A DNA stretch of 64,000 nt from Oopsacas minuta (taxonomy: Eukaryota > Animalia > Porifera). Each line of letters begins with the position of its first letter. The stretch's first letter is position 1. Below the pieces are notes generated by a model. The model ran no database searches and had not been told where the DNA came from. It was given only the letters and a program-made list of their open reading frames with translations. The stretch covers positions 639,837 through 703,836 of the forward strand of contig JAKMXF010000244.1 in assembly GCA_024704765.1 (NCBI GenBank), in the 5' to 3' direction. Both the position numbers and the translations under genes were made by a program. Of the stretch, positions 40,275 through 53,900 are shown in pieces.

Positions 40275-40994
40275 TCAAATCAATTTGTCAAGTTGGTATG
40301 CAAATGCATCAAAAGAAAAGTTCTCCAATACATGTAGACGTCCGTTCGATCCAAAAGAATATTTTTTTTCTGTTCTTTCCTTATCAAAAATTAAGTCTCG
40401 CATCGCTTGTGCAAATTCAAAATGGCCAGACTCACATAGTATACCAGTTTTACCGGAAATAATTGTCTCTTTGGGTCCGCCACTATTATGAGCAATTACT
40501 GGTAAATTCATGTACATAGCTTCAATAGGTACAATTCCGAAATGTTCAAACTCGGGGGTGTATAAAAGGGCAAAGCTATTTGCAAGGAGAAATAGTTTGA
40601 CATCTGAAGAAATTGAACGTAGAAAATAAACTTTCGCATCCAGGCCCAATGTAACACTTAAATGAGAAAGTTCACTATAATATCTAATATTTTCAGAAAC
40701 TCTCTCATCGTATCCCCCTGCAATAACTAGTACACATCTAGCCCATTGGTCATGAGTCAATGACAATGTTGAATGACTCTGAGGAGACAATAAATCAAAA
40801 GCACGAATTGCTAGTGAGATGTTCTTTTTACATTCAAAACGATTTAAGCTCAGAAAAATAATTGACTCTTTACTATAGATCCCTTCAAGGTTGGAAGGGA
40901 GAATCGAAGGAACTAAATATTGGTTGACATTCAAACATGGATAACATTTCCTTGGAGTTATATGAGTCAACGTGGGGAAGGTAGATAGAAAAAC
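40275..40994 (-). CDS. ALG2: ALG2 exon 2 (239 codons plus stop)
   Basis: Acceptor tttcttttag|GTT (phase 0). VFLSTFPTLTHITPRKCYPCLN..FLSLNRFECKKNISLAI..AGGYDERVSEN..LYTPEFEHFGIVPIEAM..PVIAHNSGGPKET (GT-B C-domain). Joins exon 1 seamlessly to give about 405 aa. Confidence 0.95.
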   Translation of the reverse strand, partial: VFLSTFPTLTHITPRKCYPCLNVNQYLVPSILPSNLEGIYSKESIIFLSLNRFECKKNISLAIRAFDLLSPQSHSTLSLTHDQWARCVLVIAGGYDERVSENIRYYSELSHLSVTLGLDAKVYFLRSISSDVKLFLLANSFALLYTPEFEHFGIVPIEAMYMNLPVIAHNSGGPKETIISGKTGILCESGHFEFAQAMRDLIFDKERTEKKYSFGSNGRLHVLENFSFDAFAYQLDKLI

Positions 40995-43269
40995 CTAAAA
41001 GAAATTTGGAATATTAAAAGCTCTCATTAAGTACATGGAAATACTTATCAACTTATAATCATGCTATTGTTGTTCTACCACAACACTAGCAGAAGCAAAA
41101 TTACTCAGACTATATTGAGTGGGAGGTTGGGTATTACACAAAGGCAGTGGCGCCACCGAAGGGTCTTCAAAATTGGCAGCTAAGTACAGGTGGCCGCTAG
41201 AGAGGGGGTGGACGTCACAAAGGGATAGTATTAGTATTTTGAATTATTGATAATCAGATTGCAAAGAAGTTTGCCATTAGGTTTCTGCACAATGAATTCA
41301 GGACAAAAATACTTGGATTGTATACAAAGGATATAGGTATGGATGATTAGAAACATATATAAAGTTTATAGATCTATTCATATCCCAAAATAATTTGAGC
41401 AAATACAAATCTACTGGTGTTTTTTCACTATAATTGTGTCCTCTCTAAGGCAGGTGATATACAGAAGGTACCGTTAAGCAATTTTGGTTTGACTGTACGT
41501 GAATATACATTCTCAAAAGGACAAAAAGGGAAATCAAATAGATTGAGTATATTATAATACAATGAACTAACGTTATAAATAAGTCGGATATAACGAAACT
41601 CCTATTACAAGGTAGTGATTCCTCACTTAGTATAGCTTGAAAAACATTCAATTTACTCGGCTTATACGAAACAACATCACGTTACCGAACATTTAGCTAT
41701 ACAAACAAGAGTTCACAGTGCATTCTAGTTTCAATGTCAATATTCGAGATAATTATGGTTAGGTAAACTCTAGAATTATGCAAATAACAACATCCATTTC
41801 TTCTGAAAACCCCAGCACATTGGCATTCGAAGTTAGCAGCCCTGTAGCCAGATCGTTTGCTTTTTGACCCTTCTCTTGTCCCTCGAATATATTCATTGAC
41901 TGGAATTATCAGCTGTTAGTAGGAAAGACATGCTCTGAAACGGAATACAGGGCACTTGTATTATGGGCCAAATAATTTATTAACTTCATTCAATCTTTTA
42001 CACAAAAAAAGCATATTTTATGAATGTCATCAAACAATACAATATTACGAAAACATAGTTTTGGGAACACTAATTAACCCACAGCAATATGATTATAAAC
42101 AATGACAGACATGATAATCAATTATATTTACCCGAAATAGTTCCCCTTGATACGAATACACTTTTTTAATCGATTTATCAAACAGTTACACTCTGTCTGT
42201 GGGATGGACTTCAGGTACTCATGGATCAGGAAAGCGATCTCCATACGACTTTAAACTCTGTGCCAAACATATTACTTTTCAGCTTTGAAAACAGCCAAAA
42301 GTCACAAGAACTTAGTTCAGAAGAATAGGGAGTGAACCGTTCGGTTGTGACCTTGGTAAATGTGTTTAAATTGAGCTAGAAAAACATCAGACATTAATTA
42401 TTGCCATTGTGACTGAAACTGGGCTGATTTATAGATTCAATTTTAACGTGAGCAAAATAGTGGCGATCCGACGGTAATTTCCCATGATTATGAACTAGAA
42501 TACTGCCTAAATTTTATTGAAATTAATTCATCAAATTTTGGCAACTAAGTAGAATTTTAGGTCAAAAATCAAAAAGTTGATAATCATTTTAGTTCTAAAT
42601 CCCTAAAATTTGTGAATTTCAATGAACGATTTCTCAAATTTTAATCAGCAAGGACTGTTTACGAATAAATTAGTTATAAGAAGGAATTACCAAAATTTGT
42701 ATTTGTAGAGCAATTTCGATCAAAGTAAGAGGGCGAAGCTCTTTCACTTTGAAAACAGCCTATCTATTTGCTGTTGCAACGTAACAGAATGCCGAATCTG
42801 AAGAGCCTAAATTACTGATTCATAACACAGCTATATACATACTTACTCTACAGAACCGATTAAGGCCGAAGCGTTTAGCTCTTAACGAAAAGGCACTAGC
42901 ATAATCCATTAGTGTGGCCTGCGGTAACTAAGTAATGTAAGGAGAACGACACTATAAGGATTAACTCTTAGAATCCAGGCAACGAAACCTAGGAATTTCT
43001 TCTTAGTGTCCGGTGAACGGCACAGGATATTATATTATTTATTGTGGATAGGAGGGCGCTGGCGTATTATTATTATACTCATTTATGCAATAATTGGACG
43101 GATTTCTCAAAAGACGGTTAGGCAGACTACAATAGAACGTGCATGATCCGATATCTATATTCCCGGGAAACTACTAAAATCTTACAGTGTTTCTGATCTG
43201 AAATAGTTTGGGATAATATATATTCACTTGAAAATTGAATACAAAACTGATGGATGGAATCAGCTAGTA

Positions 43270-43651
43270 CTAGGGCGTTCAATAAGTCTTGCGGGTGATA
43301 TCATAGAATATGATACAAACACCATATACACTAACTCACTATATTATTTATTCAAAGTAATCCCCTCCTGAAGATACACAAAGTTTTATCCTGTTCACTC
43401 ACTTGTAGACACATTGCTGTACTCTTCTTCGGGGATGGATTTGAAGTACAGGCCCATGCTGAGTGCTTGTAATGTGTTAAAATCTTTGCGTTGAAGGTAG
43501 ATTTTAAGCTTGGGGGATAGCCAAAAATCACACGGAGCTAGGTCTGGTGAGTATGGTGGATGGGGAAGTAATTCTAACCCTTCTACATCCAAGAAATTTT
43601 TGGTAAGCTTAGCTGTATGGGAAGTAACGTTATCAATTATAACCTTCATTT
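43270..43651 (-). mobile_element. mariner element 3' end, truncated at N
   Basis: DNVTSHT..LPHPPYSPDLAPCDFWL. TIR CTAGGGCGTTCAATAAGTCTTGCGGG at 43270 belongs to the same family as 34054-34358 and 57392. Confidence 0.9.
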
Positions 43652-45116
43652 NAAAAATGTAAAGGAGAAATGTAGGTTTCTAAAAATAACTGAAACTTAG
43701 GAAATAACTAAGTGATCAACTCTCTCTAAGTTTTGTTAGAAAGTTGAAATATGGTTCTATATAATTGCACTGAGAAATACTATTTCATTAAAAATATACA
43801 GTGATTAGTATATATTGAATGCCCCTGTAGATAAAGAAATATACTAAGTTCGGTGATTATATAACAAATTTTACTAAGAATATAGAATTTTCAAATAATC
43901 AGAAAAAAGGGGGGTGGGTAATAATATTAGGGTATGATAGAATATGCAAAAAAATCTTAATAACTTGAGTATCCATAGAAATTCGATCACTAAACCATTC
44001 AATAGCAAATATGCGACTTACTATCACCAAATAATATATATATATAAAGGGGCTAAGTCAAAGGAATTAGAAATTCGGACAATTTAAAGTTAAGTTTGCG
44101 AAAGTGACACAGCAAAATATAAAACCGCAAGAGTCAAATCGAAATATTTTCAAATTTAAGTCTCGCATTTTCCTAGAAAATTGTAAAAGCAACTTTTCCC
44201 TTAGGTAGAAGTTGAACCGACGATTTATATAGTTCTCAATCCGGCCTACTCCTCAGACGTCACTTTTAACTACACCAAAACTAGTACATGCACTAATCAG
44301 AAGGTAATTGTGGAATACTAAGTGCAAATGAATGACTACTCATAAATCATTTTGGACAATAGAAATGCCAATAGATGCACTCCTCAGAAGTCCATTTGAC
44401 TACACAAATAATAATACATGCACTAAACACAAGTAAACTGGGATACAAAGATAGAGGAGTTATTCTCAGGACCCTAGGGTCCTAGCATTATTTTTGGGAC
44501 CTTGTTTGAAAACTAATCAAAATCATAATACACTGGACTGATATAATAGGTTTGTAAAATAAACTAAATATAGAGTCCTAGAGATAATTTTCATACACAA
44601 GTACTTATACATGCAATACTTTGGGGCCATAAGAAACTACAAATATGGTACATGCACCACCAATCGGTCATTTTCATAAATACAAATGCATGCACTCCCA
44701 TAGGCCATTTCTACGCACCTAACTACTAATACACGCACTCCTCAGAGGTCATATTTAACTACATAAATACTAGCACATGCCCTACTCATATATCATTTTT
44801 TACTACAAAAAAACTGTACATGCACCACTAATGCATCATTTTTAAATTTATAGATACTAATACATGCACTCCCATAGGCGATTTTTCACACCTAATAACA
44901 AATACATGCATCACAGAGAGGTCATTTTTTCCAGCTAAATACTATTACATGCACCACTCGTTTGTCATTTTTGATAACATTTATACTTTACTGGCACTCC
45001 TCAGACATCATTCTTTCCTAGAAATTGATAGTACATGCATTTCCATTAGTTCTTATTTGACTATATATATACTAATTCATGCATTACTCATCGGTCATTT
45101 TTGACAAGATTAATAC

Positions 45117-45721
45117 CAGGGCAGTAGCCACTGGTCAGGTTTGTCAGGTTTCAACCTGACTACTTTTGGTTACTGAATTCCCTAATAAGGCACCATTCCG
45201 GCAGGTTGGTTAGGCCGACCTGACCACTCAGTCAGGTTGGTAAAATTAACCTAAGCACTCAGTCAGGTAGGCCAGTTTATGTTCGGGTTTCACCTTTTTG
45301 TTAATTAACGGTATTTAACCAGTCCCGAGCATAGGAATGTAGTATACTCTTACTTCACAAGCTTTTTCTTATATTTCTTTACCAGAGATACGTATGATTA
45401 TATTCCAACCTACTCTTGAACAGACCTCAACACGCAACTACTATCTGAGATCCTTCTGGCGTTATGGGTATACTTTTAACCCATCTCTGGAAGAATATTT
45501 ATAAATATCATTGACTTAAAATTATAGCCCTGGCTAGAGTCACACTTTTATATAATATATCAGGGCCGTAGCTATCTGTTCGGTTGGTCAGGTTTCAACT
45601 TTAAGGATTGTGCTACCAAATTTTCCAATAATTGACAAACTAGTCCAGTTGGACAAGTTAATCTGGCCACATTTTTGCTGTACTCAACTGTAGCACTTGC
45701 ATTTTCATGGCTACGGCCTTG
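45117..45721. mobile_element. One or two hAT-type MITEs inserted in the 43-bp satellite
   Basis: Termini CAGGGCAGTAGCC (45117), CAGGGCCGTAGC (45561) and GGCTACGGCCTTG (45721) resemble those of the 4096-4573 MITE. TSDs unclear. Confidence 0.55.
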
Positions 45722-46141
45722 AATATTAGTGCAAGCACTACTTAGAGGTCATTTTTACTACGTCAGTACTAATACAACTACTTAGATGTCATTTTGACTA
45801 CATAAATCCCAGTACATTCACTACAAAGCGGTAATTTCTCACCACATTAATTCTAGTAGATGCACTACTCGGATGTCATTTTGAATACCAAAAACCTACA
45901 TACGCTAATCAAATGCATTTTTGATATATTAATATTTATGTGGTAAATATAACACCTGAGTAGTGCATTTACTAGTACATAAGTAGTCAAGAAAGACACA
46001 TAAGTAGTGGACTTACTAGTATGTATGTTGGGAAAATGACCGATGATTAGTGATCTACTAGTATTTATGTTGTCAAAAATGATCAATTTGTAGTACATGT
46101 ACTAGTATTTATGGAGTCATAAATGAGCTTTGTTTAGTATA

Positions 46142-47443
46142 CGAGGGGTATTCAATAACTTATGAGCCTAAGTATCAAAAAGCATCAATCTATATTTATT
46201 TTTAGTATAATTGTTCGAAATAGCATCCCTTAGTTTGACTACACTTGTTCCTTCGTTTAAATCATGCTTGAATAGGTTCTTTAAATCCCTTTTCGTTGAT
46301 TTTTCCGATCACTTCTTTGAGGGCCCCCTCAAGTTCAGAATTCGATGCAAAATTTCTGCCTTTAAGGTATTCTTTTATTCTAGGAAGAGCCAGAAGTCGC
46401 AGGGTGATAGCTCTGGAGAATAAGTGGGGTGTGGCAAATATGTAGTCCTGATTTTTCAATGAATTATCTTGTCATTTTTGATGTATGAGAACTGGCATTA
46501 TCGTGGCGCAAAAAGGTTCCCCTTAATCCTGTGCCAGGACACTGTAAATTCATTGCTTCTATGACTAGAGGCAAACACTTCTCTGTAAACCAGGTTGAAT
46601 TAATTGTCTTACCAGGTTCAAAAGGTACAACAGTTTTCATACCCGTTGTATTAAAAAAATTTGCATACATTTGTTTCTTGATGTACTGAGTTCTGCGACC
46701 CTTTGTTGGGGGACCTTCTCCATTTTCACACCTTCGCCGACTCTTCTGCTTTGTTTCTGGATCATAGTGATAGATCCATGTTTCATCACCAGTTATTATC
46801 TTGGAAACATCTCTACTGTTGCCGTTGTTGAATTTTTTAAGCATTTCATGGCACCATTTCACTCGATTCTGCTTCTGCTCAGGATTAAGCTTATGTGGGA
46901 TCCAGCGGGAACAAGGTTTACGTAGTTGAAGGGATTGGTGTAAAATGGTGTGCACTGCCCCGAATGAAATGCCAATTTCGTGCTGAATCCTCTCATATGT
47001 AACATTTGGGTCTGCTATCACCATGTCCTCAATTGACTCAACAATTCCCTCTGTAACAGCGTATGGGGTAGTCCAAGGCGGGTTGGTCTTCAAAATGAAA
47101 TTCCCACACATAAATTCTCTGTACCATCTTTTCACTGTTGCTGCAGATACCTTGTTATTTGGAAAGGCTGTACAGAAATTTTCGTGAAATTCTTATATTG
47201 TTTTCAAAAGTTGGAACTTAAAAAGTATCATCGCACGAATATCAAGCCTTGATAACTGTATTGAGGGTTGGTAACTAAGGAATCCATAGATAATCAAACT
47301 ACAGCTATCTGAAAAGTATACAAGATAAAGTTACAAGATTATCAACGAAGTATATTTATCCCATGTTTATTCGAAACAAGCAATGGTTACTTATATAAGA
47401 GCTCGCAATATAGTCAGACTCAAAAGTTATTGAGTACCCCTCG
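46142..47443 (-). mobile_element. mariner (DD34D) transposon, full length, disrupted ORF
   Basis: TIR CGAGGGGTA(T/C)TCAATAACTT at both ends with TA TSD. Motifs WIPHKL, IITGDETWIYHYDPETK and HDNASSH. Confidence 0.92.
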
Positions 47444-48128
47444 TATATATTAGTATTTTTGTAGTAAATAATGACCTCTGAGTAGTGCATGTACTAGTAT
47501 TTAAGAGCTCAAAAATGACGTTTTTGTAGTGCATGTGTTGGTATTTATGTATTCAAAGTTCACCACGTAATAGTGTATGTACTAGTATATATGTAGTCAA
47601 AAATCATATTTGTTGTGATTCCAAGAAGTATTACGTTTTTCTTTCAATTTTACTTTTAGGACATAATCTGGGTGGTTCTGACATGTGTCAAGTTCTTTCA
47701 AGAAATTTACCTGTTTGTATAAATTCTAGGTGATTCTGAACTTTCCCAGTATTTTTCAATGAATTTCTGCCGTTAGCAAATATTCAAGGTGATTCTAATA
47801 TGTAACAAGTATTTTCATTGAATTTCATCATTTTAGCTCATATTCTAGTCGCATCTAACATGTAACAGTTTATTCATCTAATTTCAGCTGTTATCACATA
47901 TTCAAGGTGTCCCCTAACAATAAGGAAGCCTTTTCATAAAGCTTCACCTGGTAGTACGTATATACTCCTAGTAGCTCTTACAGGTAACAAGTGTTTTATT
48001 CAGATTCACATGTTACCACCAGTTCTAGCTGATTAAGACACGCGACATGTTGTTTCATATGATTTCACCAGTTAGCACATATTCTAGGTGATTCTAACAT
48101 ATGACGAGTTTTTTCATTCAATCCAAGC

Positions 48129-48476
48129 CTAAGTTGGTTAATACGTCTTTCAATGAAGACTTATTACGTATAATACGTATTTTGTTATACGTATTATACG
48201 TTCTATCTCAATTTTTGGTGACGTAATTTCTATTCGGCTGATCTCTGCAGTAATTATTTTGTATCAAGCAGTAGTTCTTGAATTATTTATGAGAAATCTC
48301 ATTAAAGTTGACCAAATTAAATCATACTTGATAATAATGTGACTTAATCAATTCTAACAAAGTCAAAATCTGATACTTCGAAGTTAATCTAGACGTATAA
48401 TACGTTCAAATAGATACGTATAACGTATTATATGTTTAATACTTATCATACGTTATACGCGTATTAATTAACTTAG
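48129..48476. mobile_element. MITE with 8-bp TSD inserted in satellite
   Basis: Termini CTAAGTT..TTAATACG / CGTATTAA..AACTTAG; perfect TSD ATCCAAGC (48121-48128 and 48477-48484); repeated TACGTATAATACG motifs. Confidence 0.85.
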
Positions 48477-49160
48477 ATCCAAGCTCATATCACATATTCA
48501 GCTCATTGTATCATGTGACAAGAAATTACAAAATATATCACCTGTAGCCCAAGTTCTAGGTGATTCTGACATGTAATAAGTCTATTTCATTCAGTTTCAC
48601 ATGTTTGAACTTCTTGTAGTGATCCTGACATAATCCGGTGTTTTTATGGAGATGTACCTGTTCTCATATATTCTACGCGATTTTGACATGTAACGAGTGT
48701 TTTCTTTCAAATTTATATGTTAGAAATTGTTATAGTTGATTCTGGCATGAAACAAATTTTCTTCATTTTCATATGTCTGAGGATATTCACTGCGATTCTA
48801 ATGATGTAAGAAGTGTTTTCTTTCAATTTCTGGTGTGATCACATATTCAAGATCAGAGTCACATGGAAAATATACTGACAAGTGAAATTGAGCGAAATAA
48901 TTGGTGCTTCTCAGAATCACCTGGAACATGTGCTAACTGGTGAAATTGAGTGAAAACACTTGTTACATGACAGTATCACCTAGAATAAGTTGGGACATGT
49001 GAATTTGGAAGAAACACTCATTGCGTGTTAGAACAACTTTGTAAATGCGCTATTAGATGAATTGAACAAAATGACTTGTTCCCTGTTAGAATCACCAGGA
49101 GCACTTCGTAACAGATGAGATAGAACGAAAACATTTGTTACATGTCAGAATCACCCAGAA

Positions 49161-50147
49161 CAGTGCTTCTCAAACTTTTTATGCCGCGTCCCAAATTTCT
49201 TCATCACAATTCCACGGACCCTGCTTTTGGTCTCATTTTTAAATAAAATTTTTATTATTCTTCTATCATAACACAGTTACCAATTCACTCATCTTCTTCA
49301 GATCCCGAAATGTTTTGACAATCAGTATAGACTCTATTACTCTTTGTTAGATGAGTATCCAATTGTCGTTGCTTTCGTTTGGCCATAAATTATGTTTTCA
49401 ACAATAACAAATTAATAACTATAGTCCATAATTTGAATCTCAATTATTATTTGTTTGTTTGTTTGACCGTTGTCAAGGAAAGATTTACGGTATGCAATTT
49501 TGCCATTGTCGCATAACTATGTATTTATCGTGTTAATCAGGAAGTAAATAGAATTGAATAAAACTTCACCAAAAATATCGAACATGCTGAACTTGATTCT
49601 CACACTTTTGGATTAATTGTATGTAAATTTATTGTTGTTTAAATGAAAATAAAGTAGAATAATTAGTCAAATCTCAAAATATACATACAGGCTTGCTCCC
49701 AACGGCAAAAAATAATTCAATAATATATATGTCTTATATGTATGTCAATTACATCGTTCTAAATATATCAATATTATAATACTCAAAGGGCAGTAAATTT
49801 GGAGAACAATGGACACCTCGAGGGCCATGTGCCGAGTTCATTGCGAAGCCACGAGGCAAAGGCTCGAAATAATAGATATTGGCAAAACTATTTAACAATA
49901 TCAATTGAAGTTCTACCTATTCTTAACACAGGATCATTGTTTGCATTTAACGCCCTATGTTATATGTTTGCAGGGTGACAGAATTCTAAATAACATACTG
50001 GAAAATGGAATTTGTTCACTATTTGAGGAAAGCGAAAGGAATTCCAATGTCGTAGAAGTTGCATGGAATATCTAAAACCTGAAAAAATATAATTTTCTTA
50101 AATCACTTTCCATAACCTTTCCGCGGACCCCAGTTTAAGTACCACTG
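49161..50147. mobile_element. Non-autonomous hAT (Charlie-like) element inserted in satellite
   Basis: Termini CAGTGCTTCTCAAACT / AGTTTAAGTACCACTG; TSD ACCCAGAA / ACCTAGAA. Confidence 0.75.
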
Positions 50148-50902
50148 ACCTAGAATATGTTCTATGAGGTAAAATTGGTGAAGTACCTGCTACATTTTAG
50201 ATTCACCATGAATATGTGATAAAAGGTCAAATTGAGTGAAATGACTTGTTCCCTGTTAGAATCACCAGAAACACTTCATAGCAGATGAAATTGAACGAAA
50301 ACATTTGTTACATGTCAGATCACCACGAATATCTGATAACAGGTGAAATTGAATAAGAACGCTTGTTACATGTCCGAATGACCTAGAATATGTTCTATGA
50401 GGTGAAACTGGATGAAATCCCTGTTATATCTTAGAATTACAGTGAATATGTGTCTACAGTTGAAAGAAATTGAAACACTAGTTTCATGTTAGATCCCTTT
50501 GAATAGATGGTGTAACGAAAGTGTTGATACCATTGATAATATATTAAAACTTATAAAGATATTTGAGAGATTTGAAATGATATCGGTTTGTATACAACTA
50601 TTTCGTTCTAATACATTCTTATACGTTCCGGTATGCTAGCTACTAAATTCTCTAAAAGTACTTGGGTTATGTCTCTCCTTGCTGATTTTCAGTTTCTATT
50701 AGCTGTTCCCTGCTTATGAATTGGCCCTCTTCAATAACCTTCTCTTTCACTATTCCCCAAAGTTTCAATAGGGTTCAAGTCAGGGGAGTTCCCAGGCCAT
50801 TCAATCTTACGCCAGAAAGTATTTAAATGATCTTGAAATCACTTCTGCGTTGCATTGGCCGTATGTGCCGGTACACTATCTTGCATGAAGATGAATTCGG
50901 AA

Positions 50903-53900
50903 GGGGCTTTCCAATCCCAGGATTTCGGGACTGAAAAATCCTGAATCCCGGGATTTTCGGGGCTTACTAAAGTAACTCATTTGTAATGAATATATTTGAA
51001 CGTATGTTATTATAATATTCTGATCTAATAATACTGAAGAAAGTAAAAATAAAATTAAGGGTAAAATGAATGATTAATCTATTTTGATTATTTCAAATTG
51101 TTCCTTATGAAACAGAGAACATCCAGCGAGTCATCACTAAGTTTGCTTCGTAATTTATTGCAGAGATATGTACTTGATGAAAACATACGTTCTGCTTCAA
51201 TAGAAGTTGCAGGGATTGTCAGCATCATTATATAAACCTTGTCCAAGTAGTACCCTCGTTTTCCTGTTTCTTCTGCAACAGTAATTCTTGTTTTAACATA
51301 GCTGGTAAACTTATATTATCAAGTGAAAGAGAATTTTTTGGAATTTGCATCGATGCGTCTATAGCTAGTTGCAATTTCTTTGCTAGAGGTATATCTTCTG
51401 GTTCTGGATCCATAGTAACTTCTGAAAATTGTGATTCTATTATACCAAGGGTTCTTAACCTTTTTGAAGTGACGGACCCCCTATGAAGATCTGGTGAAAG
51501 CTATGGACCCCTGTCCGGAAACTGTACAAAACTAAATAATGCGTTAAGTTGACACAATTTTATTACTCACTCGCATGATAAATCTGAAGAAAAACTATGG
51601 TGTTTTGAATTACTAGTTATGTAGTATATTAGTAATGTGTATAATTCAGAATTAGTACGTTATGATAATATAAATAGAATGCAAAATTTGCAAAGTACAT
51701 GAAACTTCTTTCTGCTCGAAGTGACAGAGCTTTTCAGTGTGAAGACTGTTGTTGTTTTGCTTCAATAAGGAGATGAAATTCTGGGATGATATTTGATAAA
51801 GCAATACGCATGTCATGTTGGACATCCAATCGATTTCTATTTTTTGTTTTTATGATAACAAGTCCTGAAAATCCTGACTCACAGAGGTAAGTGGTTGCGA
51901 ACGGTATCAAAGCTTTCATAGCTCGTCTAGCGAGACAAGGGTAGGTTTGTATCAATGAACACCACAACTCTCCCAGACTCTTCGAATTGGACTCACAATG
52001 TAACATTTCCTTGTTCTTAAATCAATAATATCATCTTTGGCAAGGTCTGAATCATCAATGGAGTTACATCAGTAGAAAAGGGATTACGAATCCATGTTTC
52101 AACATTTAGATCACCTGAAGAGAAATAACCTGTAAATGAGTTCTGTAGTGTATCCAGGTGTTCGCACATTTCATTCTGAAGAGAGGCTGAGAGGGGTTTG
52201 TTTCTCTCGACTCCATCATGCAGAAGCACTTCCTCCAACATTGAAAAGTTCGCATAGTTGCCTACCTCGAGTCCCCTCTTCCATAAGCCTAACTTTCCCA
52301 GCAAAGCTTGTAGCAATTCAGCAGCATCCATAATGTAGACTTCGGGTCCTTGGATTGAAAGATTTACCTCATTCATATGGCCAAGTATGTCTGCTAGATA
52401 AGTCAAGCCATGAATGAATTCCACGCTGTTAAAATCTTCTAAGAGTGGGCTCTCTTTTTCTTTCAGAAAGAACATAACTTCTGTCCTAAGTGCCATCGAA
52501 CGCTCCAAGATTTTTCCTCTGGAAAGCCAGCGAACTTCTGTGTGATAGAGAAGGACTTCATATGCTGATCCCATTTCTTGACAAAGCTCCTTGAAAATAC
52601 GATGATTCAGGGCGCAGCTCTGATGAAGTTGATGACTTTCACCACGGTAGACAAAACCTCTTTGAGAAATATTGGAAGAGTTTTTGATGCCAGTGCATGT
52701 CGATGTAAGAAACAGTGAGTCACAGTTACATTAGGAGCTTCTTTCTTCACCAAAGGAGCAAAACCAGATTTATTGCCAAGCATCGCAGGTGCTCATCTAT
52801 ACACAGACTACCCAACTTTTTCTTCCAATCAAAGTTTTGCATAGCAAAGAAGCTTTGGACTTTTTCAAAAATATCGGTGGCCTTTGTAGTTTGCATAAGT
52901 GGTTCACAAAATGGAAACTCTTCTTTGATGGCTTCGGCTTGCGCATAGCGGACGAAAACAAGTAACTGGCTACACTGAGTGATGTCTGTAGTTTCACCAA
53001 GTTGCATACTGAAAGGGAATGGTGTGTCTGCTAGTTCCTTAATGATTTGTTTCAAAATATTAGAGGAAATATCAACTATTCGGGAATGTATGACATGATT
53101 TGACAAAGGCACTGCTTCTATTTTCTTCCTTTGCTCCAATCCATAAACAAGTTCGACCATGTCCAGAGCACATGGCTTTATTAAAGTATCACAAATCGTA
53201 TGAGGTTTCCTTTGCTTGGCGATGCGATAAGCAACTTTATAAGATGCTTCGAGGCAAGGCTTCTGTGTTGGACAAAATTCAAGTTTTGGCAAAGTCCCAG
53301 TCTTCTCAAATCTTGCTTTCTTTGTACGAAGACTATCCACATCGTAAGTTGCATAATCAGGATGTACAGCTGTGAGGTGCTCCTTAAGTTTAGCAGGCTT
53401 CAAACTTCCATTTGCAAGAACGATGCCACATAAAACACACTGAGGCTTTTGCGTCCCATTACGTTCAGTAATCTAAGTAAAACCAAACGATACATAGGAT
53501 TCATCGTACTTCCTTGTCTTCGACATAATGAACTAGATAAACTATAATCTATATTAACTAATTTGCACGTTATGGACCCCCTGTGGGACACCTACGGACC
53601 CCCGGTTAAGAAACCCTGTATTATACCATCTTCACTGATTGGAAATTCCTCATCTTCTCGCCGTATTCTTGTTAGTAAATTAGCACAAAATATTCTTACA
53701 ATTGACTTCTTTTCGAGTTTTGCGGATGGGTTGTGGAGATATTGAAGTATTACGGAAGCATCAGTGTAACACTCTTAAACAATTCTTTGATTAATAGATT
53801 CCAGTATTTGTTTATAAAAATTCGGTTTAGTTTTGTAAATATCGTCAATTAGAAATTTTATGGTTGCTTCAGCTGTAATTAAATTTGTATGTCGCTGGCA

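Larger units (their letters stand above)
15666..43652. other. Five single-N assembly joins (15666, 28859, 34053, 35392, 43652)
   Basis: Each N abuts an abruptly truncated transposon (P, P, Tc1/mariner, maT, mariner), and the sequence on the other side is non-contiguous. Confidence 0.85.
44270..47640. repeat. Degenerate 43-bp tandem satellite in fold-back arrangement (axis about 45930), interrupted by MITEs and a mariner
   Basis: Unit about GTCATTTTTACTACACAAATACTAATACATGCACTACTCAGAG repeated 44270-45925. The reverse complement (CTCTGAGTAGTGCATGTACTAGTATTT..AAAAATGAC) occurs at 45930-46140 and 47446-47640. Confidence 0.88.
47640..50500. repeat. 58-59 bp satellite, fold-back (axis about 48860)
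   Basis: Reverse units (GGTGATTCTAACATGTAACAAGT) at 47640-48850 and forward units (ACTTGTTACATGTCAGAATCACC) at 48870-50500. Confidence 0.88.
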
